Source of the DNA: Felis catus
Taxonomy: Eukaryota
Reading direction: 5' to 3'
Assembly: GCF_018350175.1 (NCBI RefSeq)
Contig: NC_058368.1
Coordinates: forward strand, 182,282,001 to 182,346,000
Length of the DNA: 64,000 nt
A program made the translations under genes and the position numbers. This document shows, piece by piece, positions 50,362 through 64,000 of the stretch; positions within the stretch are counted from its first letter, which is position 1, and every line of letters starts with the position of its first letter. The notes beneath the pieces are model-generated. The model saw only the letters and a list, made by a program, of their open reading frames with translations, was not told the DNA's origin and made no database searches.

Positions 50362-50505
50362 CTTTTCTTTTCTTTTCTTTTCTTTTCTTTTCTTTTCTTT
50401 TCTTTTCCTTTCTTTCCTTTCCTTTCCTTTCCTTTCCTTTCCTTTCCTTTCCTTTCCTTTCCTTTCACGTGATTTGGATGCATGCTGAATTTTGAAGGCT
50501 TCTGC
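50205..50505. mobile_element. MER5A-like MITE hosting an expanded microsatellite
   Basis: ggtccttggactagca...gttagaaatgcaaa...gtgatttggatgcatgctgaattttga. Confidence 0.7.
50320..50466. repeat. Compound (TTTTC)n-(TTTCC)n pentanucleotide
   Basis: Direct read; pure pyrimidine tract. Confidence 0.98.
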
Positions 50506-53500
50506 CACTTTGGCAATGACACATGGCCAAATCATCACATGGATGATCCCCAATGGAATTTGGGGACCATGGAGTTAAGTACTTCTAGTTAACAAACAGC
50601 ATGTGAGTTTAAAAGAAGTTGAGAAACACTCTTATTTTGTAACTCCATGCATGTTATACCTGAATATAAAAATAACATAATATTATCATTTTCACTGTTT
50701 TAAATAAATGTCAAACTCCTTTTCTGAGGCACAGGAAAATAGGCTTGAGCCTTTCTGGATTTGAAGTTCTAGCTCATGGTTTCTAAATTAGCAAACCTAA
50801 ACTACAAATCAAAGCAGCAAAACGTTAATTCCACCGAGTTAAAGAGACTGTATGTATGATTACGGTTCTTATTGGACCTTTCCCTAGGTTTTTGTTTGCT
50901 TGCTTGGTTGTTTTTTGTTTTTATTTTTCTGTCTATAGGAATTACCTGAAATAACTTAGACTGGATGAACAAGTACTGCTTTTTAGATTATTCAGGGAAA
51001 GCTTGATGGAGTTTTCTCTTTCATCATCCTAGAAAAAGCACAGAAGGCAAAAATAAAGGAATAGGGTGCAGTTTGTGGGGATGGAGTGAGTGAAGAAGCC
51101 ATTTCAAGAGCCTTTATAAGCCTATTTAAAACATTTTCTTCAAAGGAGTTCCTGCAACAATTATTACAGCTCATTTGCCTGCAAATGTGCTCTCTGTTGT
51201 TAATCAGTCACTCATTAACCTCGGCAATATCAATGTGTTGTCACCATGCATTTCAAAGAGGTGGATGGAGATGGGCGGTCTTTAAGAGCTGTTTAAACTG
51301 AAAGAGCCCATTACATTATTTACTCTTCCAAGGTAAACTAACTCTCAAAGATTTTTATCTTGGGCGCTCATCACTCTCTCCTAGGTTTTCCTAGAGTGCC
51401 TTATTTAGGTTCATGCCCACGGTTTATTCTGATTGCCAAGGAAATGGTCTCAGGGAAGAAATAACACACTAGGAAAAATTGGCGGATTTAAGACAGAGAT
51501 GAAATTGAGTCTACAGTCTACAGTTTGGAGGTCTTATAAAGCAATTGTTCTTGCTTTCCTCACCAAAAGAAAACTCAGGCCTTAAAGAAAGAAGCCACAA
51601 GGGGCCAAAAGGGGGGTGGGGGACGGGTCATTAATTATCCAGAGAATAGACTCTAATATCCTTAGATTGTAGTTTTTCTTCCAAAGCGGCCATTTAGAAA
51701 TCCTTGTGGGTCCTATGCCTAGACCTAGGCTTAGGTCCTAGTCTGTTTTCCTCACAACCCTCCCTTCGGCCAGCGAATCACCCATACATCATTTCATTCT
51801 CTGCTGTCTGCCTTTCTATACAGTCTCATACAACGCATGAAGATTGTTAAGAGACAGTGGATAAATTATATGATGCTCATCAGAAAGTGGTAAACACCCT
51901 ATATTTATAGGCAAAATTTTATATCACTGTAAATTTTTCTAAGGAGAAATCCATAGCTTTCATCAAATTCATGATCATAGAAAAACAATCCCAAGTTTTA
52001 GTTTTAATGAATATATATAAACTGAAATTACATTTATTTTTATATACAGCATATTGAATCGCAGAGAATGACAATTTTATAAGTCAAACACAGCTGAATA
52101 CCATAAATTTCAGTTGGTTTAATCTAAAAAATAAATATTTTATTATATATTTATCAAATAAATAAGTATATATTAAGTAAGTTTTGTGTAACTTAAAGTA
52201 ACATTTTAATATAACTTATACAAGTAGTATGTTTAATAGGCTAATACTTAAATATTAATGGATAAATATATGGTAAATATGTTTGTACATGGCTGTGTTT
52301 TATATAAATATAAACTTATTAGAACTTTACAATAATATATACGCAGGTGTCTACAGGATAATGAAAAAAATTTGGTGGCATTATGTATCCTACCATTGGT
52401 CTCTAGGCTGATTGGATGAGAATTTTTTTATTTTCCCAAATCTGATTTTTAAAGGTCTTTAGTGTACCAAATTAATAAATCTCCAAGTAATGAACAGGTC
52501 TCATCCTCCTAAGATGGTGGCTAGATTAGCTGCTAAACGCTTAAAGACCTTGTCTCCATACAGATCCCCCTGTTAAAAATTACAAGGCCACAGACTCGCC
52601 TCAGAAACCCCAGTAGCATACAGATCTGCTTAATAAAAGGGCATTATAGGACAAGGACAGACTGCCTGCACTTCCCCCCACCCCATCTTGCATATTCCCT
52701 TCTTCTGTTATGGCAATTTACATACATAAAGCTATCAAATTAGTTAATTAGGCTTTAAAACCGCTATTTAAATAAGGATGAGACTTTTTCTCCAATAAAA
52801 CGATGCGACTAAATTATTGCTGTTGTCATAGATTGCCTAGCTGCTACTTTGCTAGAAAGCTTCAAAGCGTAACTTTGATGTGAAAGACTCTTAGTTAGGG
52901 AATATGCATATGAGAAATGATTTTGAAAAGGGAAGCTTTAACACAAAGTCTCAGAAAAATATAAAAATACAGTGAACCAGAACCCTATCTGTATTGGGTA
53001 GCCACTTAAGAAATTTAAAGAAGCACAATTTTCCCTTTAGATAAAAATTATAGTGATAAAAAAAGTTTTCCTTTATTTTTTGTTCTCAAATTTTCCGATT
53101 TGCATTTTTTCCGAATGTCGAGGTATACAAAATGTTTTGATTCTCTGTGGAAGCTGAGAGGGTGTGGATAAAAAAAAAAGGGGGTGGTGGGTGGGAAAGG
53201 AGCTAAAGCAAACCTTGTGGAAGATAACGTGATCCTTCAGGGGGTCCGATTGGATTTACGGTGTTTGTTTCTGGTCGAGAATTGATCAATCAGTCAAGAG
53301 AATTAAATGTTCTGAGTTAAGACATCAGAAGAAGAAAAATATTCTTTTCGATAGATTCAACCCACTGTTCTCAATCCCCACATCTGACATAGGAAGCCAG
53401 GTCACAAAGTTCAGGTGTGAGAAGTGTCTAGGGGAAGGAGAGCAATGGATTTGGCAGAGCTAGCATGAAAATGTCGCCGCTGCTTTATCCCTGTGTGGGT

Positions 53501-55574
53501 GGAACAAAATGTCCATTTGCAGATCTAACGCTTTTTTTTCCCCCTTAACTAAACATTATAGGATTAATGTGGTGACTTCAATTAATGATGAATGAATTGG
53601 TCTCTCTAAGATTAATTTTTTTTCTCTTCGATTCCTTTTTAAAGCAGAAGATAATTTCAAGCAAAAAGAATGAAAATTTGACTATTAACACAGTTCTCAT
53701 GCAGGAAGCCACTTCAACAAAGGTACTATCAGAAGAACATGTTTTTCTTTAAGTGTGTACTTTAGTCCTGATGAAGACTTACAATCTGTCATCAAGAGGC
53801 AGCCTCAGATTTCTCCTGTAAAGCAGTGTCTGATAAACACCTTCCACTGCCAACAGGAAGGCAGAGGTGATCATTAATAAACACAGTTTTTAAAAAGCTC
53901 AGGATAACTTCATAGGGTAAGACACTCTTAAATGAGAAAGCCTTTTGTGGGAACTGAGATGAAGACACCACATGGTTCCCACCAAATTAAAATGCTAATA
54001 GAGAGGGGGGCAGGCTGCTGTAGCTCCGATCAAGTTTGAGTTTTCTCTGGTTTTACTTTCTGTCAGTGTTATTCTATCATAATGTATCAGGGAAAGCATT
54101 GCACTCACATCAAATCAAATCTTTAATGGAAAGGGTGGCAGCCTAAAGTACTCTTGATCAACTGCTAATTTTGTTTTATTCTTCTTCCTTTTGCAGCTAT
54201 TCTCTGAAATGAATAACTCTGCATTCAAAAGAGGTTTTTGAGAGAAGCTAGGCACTAAAACAGATTAAGAGGAACCAAAGACACAGAAAACCATTATGTT
54301 CACAGAATAAACAGTTTTAGCCATTTGATGTTATAATAAAGTATTCGGCTGTGACGTGCTGTTTCACCACTGAAAGGCCTTCTGTTAAATATGTATGCAT
54401 CTCCATATTGGGCCACTGATACCAGCAGGACAGCCAGAGGTGACAGTCCCACTGTCAGTCTTGGATTTGTGATTCTGAGGAGCCGACAACTGTTATAAAC
54501 GTCCCTCTATTCAAAATGGGGAGGAAGTGAATTTAGTATTGCTGAGAAGTGTCAGATTTACTGCTTTAAGGATCAAAGTAATGAATTTATCCAGAGGATC
54601 AGGGAAACAGCAAGAGAGGCAGATTCTGCCCCATCACTGGCCCTGCCTTTGATGGCCAGAGCTCTGGGTAACAAAGGTTCGTCAGCTTTTTTGCCATACC
54701 CAATCCTTGGGGATCTGCGCTAATACTGAAAACTCAGAGCCCTGGCTGCCCTATTGGAAAATGAGGCAGATGCATATCCAGCCGGGATGTGAGGCGGGCC
54801 ATCAATTGCCATCCAAGTGTTCATTTAGTCTCTCAAATATAAAACTTTCCTTCAAACACAGTGTAAAGAAAAAAACGAAACTAACCAAAACAAAAATGCT
54901 TCTTGATAAGCTGCTGACAAAGTGGATTTGACTGGTGTTTTATTTACTTTGGAGACTGGCTTTGCAGATCATAAGACATTTGCTACGTGACTATGTAATG
55001 TGCTGGCCATTTACCTTCAGAAAGAAGTTCAAGGAAATAAAGCAATGGAAAGGAAAAGAAGTGAAAACTATTGTAACACTCCTCTACCTAACAACATAAC
55101 CATAATAGGCCTACCCAAGACACCAGTAACAACTTAGAAATCACCAGACTCTACTGTTCTTGAGTTTCACGGATAAACAAAATTCCACACAGATGGTACA
55201 AAAATAAATCTAAAAATAATTCTGGCTCTCTCTCCATAATATGTGTCTTAAAAGAGTCTCTTTTGTGCCTCTATTTCTCTCTCCAATTAATAATCTGGCC
55301 TTAATTATTATAAACAATTCTTGCCATGAGAACTTGTTACTGAGCTGTGATTTCACTCTGCTGTGGTTCAAATGTTGATTTTACATCTTTACGATCTCCA
55401 AAATAATCATGGTATTTTCAGTTTCTTTGTTTGAACAAATAACTTTGGTCCCCAATTTTCAATAATATTTAATAAAAAAACATACCCATTTCAACCTAGT
55501 GATTGGATCTGATAAGCCAAAATACACAACAAATAAAACCAAATAACAACAATAAAACCCTTAAAGGTAAATTT

Positions 55575-55576
<2 letters not shown>

Positions 55577-55622
<46 letters not shown>
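55577..55622. repeat. (GT)23 microsatellite
   Basis: Direct read. Confidence 0.98.
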
Positions 55623-55626
<4 letters not shown>

Positions 55627-58600
55627 CTTCCCAAATAAGTGGAATGTATGGAAACTGGGAATGATAAAATACTGCCAGAGAAAATCTGTGATACCTGAAA
55701 CCAAAATAATAACTATATTATTTGCAATTTGTGTATAGACATATAACATAGGCACAGAAGTAATATAGAATTTTAATGTGGATTATCTGATGGGAAAAGT
55801 AATGATGTTGTAAGTTATTAAGTGCAGAATTCACAATTACAGGTAATGCTATTACTAAGTGCTATGTAGTTCTGGGCAGAAAGATTTCCAGGGACAGTGA
55901 AATAGGTGACTTTTCAGGAAGAGATTCAGACCTCTGTCAATATTCAAGTCCATTCAACCCACCCAGCTCTGATCTCTCCTCCTCCCAGCAATCTGGCTCC
56001 TGGTGGGTTTGTTCTCCAGAATTTCATTGAAGCTTCAGACTTCTTCCCTAATGAAATGCTTGTCAGCTGCTACACAGGAGATGTCCCCTCAGAATCTTGA
56101 TTAACCTTTGCAGTCAATGAGCCTCTGTGATTTTTTTTCCCTACACAGATGAGGTTCATGGTGAGTTTGTTTATTTCTGGAGTTTATTCCTGATCTGGTG
56201 TATGCATCTATCCATAGATTTATGTATCTATTTTTCTATCTAAGTTTTCCAATAAAGGATAGAAATGTCTGCCTGATTTTAAGTGTTCATGTATGAAATA
56301 ACCCTAAATCACTTCTAGCTAAAGCCTTTTTTTTTCTGGATGGTGGGGAAAGCTGCTTTGAAATATAGGTTTTGATCAATTTTATATTATCCCTTTTTCA
56401 GGTCTCTAATGTCTATTTCAAGGGATGTTTTAACACTGTAAGTTTTACAGCAAACTCATAACTGATAATGAAGACTTTCCCAGTTCTCTTTCTCCTTTGA
56501 CACCTGAATTCCAAACTGAGATTTAAATATATAGTAATTATGAATGATATCACAGACGAATATTAGATTACAGTACAGAGTATATAAAACATCACAAATT
56601 CCTTTGTTAATGCTAAATTCCCAACCAAGGGAAGCTCAAAAAGGCATCAGTAGATAGTAGAAATAGAGGTTCTTTTTTTTTATGCTCAGTGGATTTCGCA
56701 TAGGCTTTTTTTTAAAGGGAAAACCCAAAGAGAAGATGTCAGCATCAAATAAAATTGCTACTTTGTGTCCTATGGATTTAGATTATCTGGCACAGTGGCT
56801 ATAGAAAATTTGAATATTTTCAAGGAAGAATATTCACTAGAGAATAACTTTTGATTGGTAAATAATACCAAACTTTAATCATTCTAGTGTTCCAATTTAA
56901 AAACAAGTTCAGAGATAACTCTATTCTGTTCACCATGGAAAAACAGTAATTTTAAATAAAAAAGCATACAGAAAACCTTTTATCTATAGTCTCAGATTGG
57001 CTAGGCAGTCTATGGAATGTGTAGCTGACTAAAATGTCTTCAAAAGGTGGCAGGAGATTTTTATATAAATCAACTGAAACTTTCAATATGCATCTGTTTT
57101 GTCCAAAGCACTGATCTAGGCATTGTGAGGTTTTATAGATGAATATAATAGAGTCCCTATTCTTAGGAAACAGGATATTTTGATGTTTTGAAAAAAAAAA
57201 AAACAGCTAATTTGGAAGCAGACTGCATATGCAGTGAAATTGTATCTTCAAATACAAGAGCTAGGTTCTCAATTCAACAAGGCAAATTAAGGTAAACATC
57301 ACTGATTGTCAAAATTATCCTTGAAACTTCTTTAAATCTGGAGGACCTGGGCTCGGGAAGCTCAAAAGCTAAGAATTAACTACAGTACTTTGGTTTCACT
57401 TTGCCCTGAGGCTTTCCTATCCCTGAGGATGGTGGAGGCCTGGGTCTACTTTGAAATGGAAAGGGGAAGGGAGAGGACAGGAAGAGATGGGGGTGAGGAG
57501 GAGGAGGGGGAATTTGATATGGGGAAGGGAGGGGCTAAACAAATTTTTCTCTTTTTCTCCTATATTTTTCCCCCAAATGTGGTGTTTTAATTCTCGTAAG
57601 TAGGGGTGTTGAAGATCTCTCTTACGTCTTTGTGATGGTTCTAATGCTTGCTGAAAATTAAACTAAGTCTCAGCTTCTGGTGTTATCTTGGGAGATATGG
57701 ACTATAAGTTGGCCATGTCCTTGCATTCATGATGAGAAACCCCCATGAGAAGGTAACTGCTGCTGGTAGTGGCTCGTTCTTAATCTGAAAGGGAGAAACT
57801 TCAGGACCACAGCATATATTTCCAGAGGTTGGAAGATATTAATTGGTTCTACCTTTTGGGTCTTTGCTTCATACCCATCTCTGACTCCTATCCTCACCCT
57901 TCCAAGATTGTGGATTTATTACCGAATAAAGCTATTCTTCTGGAAGCAGTGGACAACCATATTTCATCACCACTACCATTTAACAGACCATACAATTTCT
58001 GAGGATATCATTAACCCAGGCTTCAATGCACAGAACATGCAGAGAAAGTGAAATAGCAAATGTATTTGTAAGACCTCTATTCCCCTACACAGTAATGGCT
58101 TAACACTTTGGCATTAATTCCATTTGTCAAGCTGTAAGATAAATACATGCACATCAGACACTTTCCCAGCATTTATTCAAAGGGCAGACAGTGAAGACCA
58201 CTGTTTAAATGGGAAATGTGTCCATTTGTTTTTGAAAACAAAGCAGAGATTCACGATTTGCAAAGCATGTCAATCTTTTTAAAGAGATAGTGCTATTTTC
58301 AGAACAATATGACTGCTGGCTATGCTTAATCTCCCTGTAGGAATAATAATAGTATTAAGAGACTTTTGAAATCCTAAAGCAAAGTTAATACATCAGATTG
58401 TTGGGTAATCAAAAGTTAAAACTCTAAGTACCTAAAACCCCTACCAATAATATTTTTATTAGGATTTCCACGAACTTCTTTTAGGACTTTCATCTAATGC
58501 AATTCCACAGTCTCTAACCTTGGGCAAACTGCATTAAGTTTTCCATCCAATGAAGCTTTTTGCATGCAATGATATTCACACATGGATATATTATCACATC

Positions 58601-58999
58601 TTGAAAGAGATTTCCAGATTTCTCCTTATGTCTCTTGCCTAAATTGGTCTCTATTTATATTGCAATGCCAGGTTGACTCTTATCTTTAAGATGATTATGA
58701 GTTGGTTTATTTTTTTTTTTTCAGCTTTCTAATTGGTCTAAAGCATTAAGTTTGGATATATGGCCTCAATCAAATATTTTTCTACAGTTAAATGAGAATC
58801 ACAAGAAATGGGTCAAAAAACAGAAACATCCAGAATGGATCAAAGAATATAGAATGTCTATGCCTAGACACCATTAGCCTGTGTATAGATATATGTGATT
58901 TTTTTTTCTTGGAAGGAACACCTGTAACACTATTCAGATTGTCAGTTCCCTGCTGTAGGTAAATGGTCAAGAAAAACAAGTCCAATCCAGTTCTGTAGT

Positions 59000-59446
59000 C
59001 TCCTTCCCACTGTATTCCTTCTGACAGCAGCCAACAGTCATCTCACCAGTCTGCTGAAAGCTCTCCAGGTGACTTCTCATTTCACTCAGAAAAAATGCAA
59101 AGTTGCTATTTCGACTTTTAAGACCACCCCTACCTCATCCCTCTGTCCTCAGGGCCTTTATACTTCTTGTGCCTTCAGCCTGGAAAGTTTTTCCAGTACT
59201 TTACCTCCTGGTTTCCTTTGTTCTCTCCTCCTACACCATCTTCTCAGGGAAGTTGTTCCTGACAACCCAAATCCAAAAACACAGCCCCCTTCACAACCAC
59301 CACCTCTTTGCTTTCCCCTTCTCCATTCCCTAGAACTCTTTTACCCCTCAGACATACTATAACTAATTATTTACTGATTCAGCTAATTTCCCAGCTCTTA
59401 AAACAGTATATGGCATAGAATAGGCATTAAGCAAGTACTTGTTAAA
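59000..59446 (+). mobile_element. L2a 3' region
   Basis: cctcagggccttt...cagcctggaa...catcttctcagggaag...tggcatagaataggcatt. Confidence 0.75.
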
Positions 59447-59449
59447 GAT

Positions 59450-59601
59450 CTTTTTTTCATTTTTCTTTTTCCTTTCTTCCTTGTTTTCTTCTTCTCCTTC
59501 TCTTTTTCCTTCTCTCCCTCCCTCTCCTCCTCCTCCTCCTCCTCCTCCTCCTCCTCCTCCTCCTCCTCCTTCTCCTCCTCCTCCTCATTCTTCTTCTTTT
59601 T
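59450..59601. repeat. Polypyrimidine tract with (TCC)n core
   Basis: Direct read. Confidence 0.95.
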
Positions 59602-60004
59602 CATGTGAAGTGTAACCTTGCATGGAAACAACTAAGGAAACTGAAACTTACAGAAGCTAAGTGTTTTTATTTTCCAGTTGTCATTCAAAATTGGTCTAAG
59701 TTGAAATAAGAATGGAGGTAATCATTATACTCTAGTAGGTAACTGTCCTATTACATCATCTCCTTAATAGAGTTTATCTGAACCTGTAGAAAGGAAAACA
59801 AGAATGAGTTGAACAAATGGCATTCTATCTTTAAGTTGCTGTTTGATCAGTAATGAACATTATTAGGTATATGAGAAATCGAGCTACTAAATCTGGAATG
59901 ACTAAGAATGAAGTAGGTCTGAAAGGTACCAACTGAAATAAATAAGACTCTAACAGTTGTCCACTCAGACGACTTTCTGTATTTGGAGTTACTTTCAGCT
60001 TTAT

Positions 60005-60240
60005 GTCTCCCCTGTTTTAAGGCTCATAAGGTCAAGGATGTTGTTTTGTTTATCTCTGATTCCCCAGCACTTAGAACAACGTGCTTGCCAGGTAGCACAT
60101 ATTCAGTAAACATGTTGGGTTAAGTTAAAGCATATATCATGGCAACCAAGCACTGTACTGAGTAATATATCATCTCATTTTCCTCACGAAAATCCACCAG
60201 GAAGTTCCTACTGTTATCCCCATTTTATGAATGAGAAATT
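60005..60240. mobile_element. L2 3' end (+) followed by MIR (-)
   Basis: tccccagcacttagaaca...tcagtaaacatgttg, then ttatccccattttatgaatgagaaa. Confidence 0.6.
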
Positions 60241-62106
60241 CATAAACTCAAAAACTCAAAAACCTTGAAAGGAGAGCTTTTAAGAACTTCCAAACTCACC
60301 TTTCCTACCCTCACCAATTTTATCTATTTGTCTAACCCTGCAATCAGATAAGAAAATGTCCTAATTTATTACATACAACCTCAAAAGGATTGTTCATTTA
60401 CTCATATTATCTCATGTGAAATGTAGGAGCAATTGTGTAGGTAAGAGGTACAGGTGTCCTCTTACATGGATACACACTACAAAATAGTCTAATGATGAGA
60501 TTTCTTACTTTGGTGCCCAGGGGTCAACAATCAACCTGGTTTTCATTCCCTATTTAAATACTGGTAGTCGAAAAAGATTGCAACCTAAGCCAAATTGTTA
60601 CACACCAAAACAACTAAAAAATATACTGCTGGAGCTAAAACAATCTAACATATTTAAAGCATTATACTGTCAACTCTAAATCAGTATTTATTTCTAGGGT
60701 TGCAATACAAAAATCAATATTGGAACAAACATCTAAATTGAAAGTTAGAGGCTCCTGAGTATATATACTAGATAAGAAATTATCATTTTAATCTATGCTA
60801 TGTATGATAAAAATCTCAATTGAAAACTTTCAAATTTATTATTATATATAGCACACATGAAATGCCACGGCCATAGACTTAACCTATCAGTACTATTATA
60901 ACACCGCAAAGTAAATAGTGATAAAATGTATGAACAAACACATATAATTTTTAAAAATCCAATTATTAATATCTGAGTCCTATCTTTGCTTCTGTAGATA
61001 GTATAAAACCATGTATTGTGTCACAGTAACATTAACAATATTATATCCTCCTCTCTAAATTCTAAAGTACTGTAATTTTTATGAAATTTATTACTTTACA
61101 CCTTAAATTGGAGTATTTTCATGCATGTTTTAAGCAGTCTACTAAATTGTAACTGGATCATCATGGTCTCTCACATACCATGCATTGTACAGAGCAGGTG
61201 CTTAATAAGTGTTTTTTTTTTTTTGAGTAAAGAAAAGAATGCATACAAGAAATACCTAAAGTGAAAATAACACATATATAAAGTGATATACATAGTGACA
61301 AGAGTTGAAACACATAGTGACGAGACTCTTGGATGCTCGTCAACTTCACTGATAATCTGAAAGGTTTCCACTGGCTTCTGATTACAAATCAAATGAGGTC
61401 CAACTAGACAGCCAAAGCCTCCACGATCCCAGGGGAAGTATCTTGACTACATAACCAGGTGCCAATCTAAAGTAGCTAAACCATCCCAACACTTTTTCTG
61501 AAAACATGATTTTTAACCCTTAGCATCAGAGTAACATGGAGTGTTTGTTGGACAAAACGAAACAACACAAACAAACAAAAAGATTGTTGGGTCCTGTTCC
61601 AGACTTGTTGAATCACAAGTGCTCTTGTGGGACAAAAGAACACCACCATCAACAACAAAACTGTATCTAAGGTAAAACTAGGCCCTCTAAGGTTGAGACT
61701 CACTATTATAGCCACTGTCATCAATGTTTCTATTAGGGCACTTTTGAGCAATCTAGGTAAAGCAAAAACAAAAATAGAAACACAAAAACAAAAACATTCC
61801 CTGTGGGGCTTCTCCTTGGCACAGAAGATTAGAAAGAGATGCCTCTTGGGGATAGAACTAACATGCTGGTAGGTGTTGAGTTTAGACAGGAGTGCATATG
61901 AATCTAATCCCACTACCACCATTCTACTTGCTGCTTTTGTACAGTGCATAAATTACATAACTGGATATGGTGACTCTGGTATGCTGTTAAGGACCAAAAC
62001 ATATGGTGCCCGTCTTCCAAATGGGAGAACAAATCCCAAGACTCACTATGCAGCTTAAGCCCTCAACCTTAAAGAAGCCTTTCTTTTCTCCACCAGAATT
62101 CTGGAA

Positions 62107-62232
62107 AAATAAAACAAAGCAACAACAACAACAGAAAAAAAAACAACAACAACAACCAAACAAACAAAAAAACAAACAAAAAACAAAAACAAACAACAAC
62201 AACAAAAGAAACAAAACAAAAACAACAAAAAA
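62107..62232. repeat. A-rich (CAA/AAAC) low-complexity tract
   Basis: Direct read. Confidence 0.92.
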
Positions 62233-63659
62233 GTAGATTTCAGATGTGTAGAAGCATTTCTTGATGGAGAGGTTATTAAACACCACAGTAGGCAGGTAAT
62301 AATGCCTAAATGTTGGGGATGGGATAAACAACCTCCTTACCAAAAGCTAGGCTGAGGAGTTTGGGACAGGATAATGTCTCAAATTCCCCTATAGCCACGG
62401 GGGTTCACAATTTTATTACCTAAGGATGCAAAAGCATTTTGGCCCATGCTGGGCGTAGGCAATTTCACTATAGTCTAAGCAGCCTTTAAGATGAAAAAAC
62501 CTTTGTTAAATCCTATTCTATGAACATTTAATATTTGAAATTATTTGAGATGAAAGCATAATACCCAATTGTTACTGCTTCATGAGTGAGTCTCTTACTT
62601 GTCTAATTATGGCAAGTGATGCTGTCAATACTAAAACATTTTCAAGAGATTAACTTTGCACAATAAGAGCTTCTGTGCCAGCCAGAAAATCCTTTAAAGT
62701 ATTTCACGTATTTTGCAACACTGAGTGGCCAACAACTCATTTTAATATTTACAGACAAAATGATATTTGGATAAAGTAAATGTCAGATTCAAAAAGAACA
62801 AAACAAGGCAGAATGACATTCTAAACGAAGTTCCAGGTTGTGGGTCTCAACTTGACAGCCAATATGTGGTGAGACCAAAAGGAAATACATTTTATTGTGT
62901 CCTCTTGTTAAGTACCACCAAAACTTACACTGTTTCTAAGATCACTTTAAGAGCCCTGAGAAATCCTTTGAACACATTGAGAAGTCTTACAAGTTTCATT
63001 CTAATAATGTTTGTTTCAAAGCACAAATATATCTTTTCTGCTTTGGTTAATTTCACATTTGGTACCAGGACCTTATGTAGTGTATAGTGATGATTGGTAA
63101 TTACAATTCCTTGTTCTAAGCACAAGAATGTCCTTTCCACTAATGATGAGAAACATGACAAAGGAACATGAAAGACTGGTATCTCCACATAGCTGGTATG
63201 ATTCCAAGTCTGGCTGATTATGGGATATCCAGGGATGCATTCTGAAACTATAGTTTCACTCTCAGTGATTTTAATTTGGTAGTTTTTTTTTTTATAGTAC
63301 CCCAAGGGAATTCGGTAGTTTTTATATAGCACCCCAAGGGGATTCCAATCAACCAAGTTTAGGAATCCCTAGTACATGTGATGACTTATACATTATAAAT
63401 GCAGGACTCCTGAAGGTCTTTTTATGTCTGACATAGCTTTAACAACCGACTCACTAAATATGGAATTCCATTAACAGAAAATTATAACCTTTCATTCTAT
63501 AGTTAGAAATGCAAACACTATTAGAATAGGAGACATTAATTAACATAATTCATGATGATCACTGACAACATTTTTCAAGGTCTAATTGAACCAGGCCTTT
63601 CTAGACCATAGAGTAATAACAGGTATGAGGCAAGCTTTGTAAGACTAGCAGAGAACAAC

Positions 63660-63880
63660 AGTATAGAGTGGTAATTAAACATTGCTCAGATCTATAATCA
63701 GTTGTGGGTTTGCATCAGGCTTTCACTGTTGACCTATGTGACTTTAAGCAGTTTACTGAACCTTTCTAAACCTCTTTTGTAAAAAAAAAATCATATATTC
63801 TTCATAATATTTTGGTGAAGAGACACATGTAAAGTACTTGGGACAGTTCCTGATACATAGTAAATGTTCATTACACATTA
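63660..63880 (+). mobile_element. MIR
   Basis: ctatgtgactttaagcagtttactgaacctttctaaacctc...gtaaagtactt...gatacatagtaaatgttca. Confidence 0.7.
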
Positions 63881-64000
63881 TCTAGTGTAAGTCATGTTAA
63901 TAATGCTGTTCATAATTTAGTTGAACAATTCCTAACCTTGTTAAGTCTTGGAATGGCCTAATGAGTAGTTTAACAAATTACTAACACCTTGGTCTGCCAT

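Noticed and set aside
50257..50553. Lys/Arg/Glu-rich and Phe/Ser-rich ORFs
   Set aside because: Translation of the pentanucleotide microsatellite.
59398..59631. Poly-Glu ORF
   Set aside because: Translation of the (TCC)n tract.
63243..63258. 16-bp palindrome tgaaactatagtttca
   Set aside because: About one such palindrome is expected at random in a window this size.
61476..63356. Cluster of longer ORFs (157, 118, 106, 143 aa)
   Set aside because: They overlap low-complexity A-rich tracts, show no homology I recognise, and lie on inconsistent strands.

Overview
This is non-coding mammalian genomic DNA, almost certainly from a felid, because it carries SINEC_Fc-type carnivore SINEs and a cat-type L1 3' end. 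It is AT-rich and CpG-depleted. I find no supportable host protein-coding sequence, RNA gene or CRISPR array. The short ORFs are repeat-derived or look random, and only two have recognisable homology: L1 ORF2 at 19349-19585 and CR1/L3 reverse transcriptase at 34741-34941. The window is a layered transposon record: 12 Can-SINEs, about 8 L1 pieces, L2/MIR/L3 relics, MaLR/ERVL/ERV1 solo LTRs, hAT MITEs and many microsatellites. I see no evidence of a new multi-gene system. The most notable observations are a CpG-retaining, conserved-looking element with homeodomain and E2F motifs at ~8.1-9.0 kb; an old templated copy of flanking DNA embedded in an L1; an unexplained ~480-bp insert splitting an LTR; an L1 with a short 3' transduction; a head-to-head SINE pair inside one target-site duplication (TSD); two perfect 'full-partial-full' micro-duplications; a candidate 12-nt microexon; and a plus-strand bias of L1/LTR elements that hints at a minus-strand host transcript. 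Repeat family names come from my recollection of consensus sequences, not from a search, and boundaries of old repeats are approximate.
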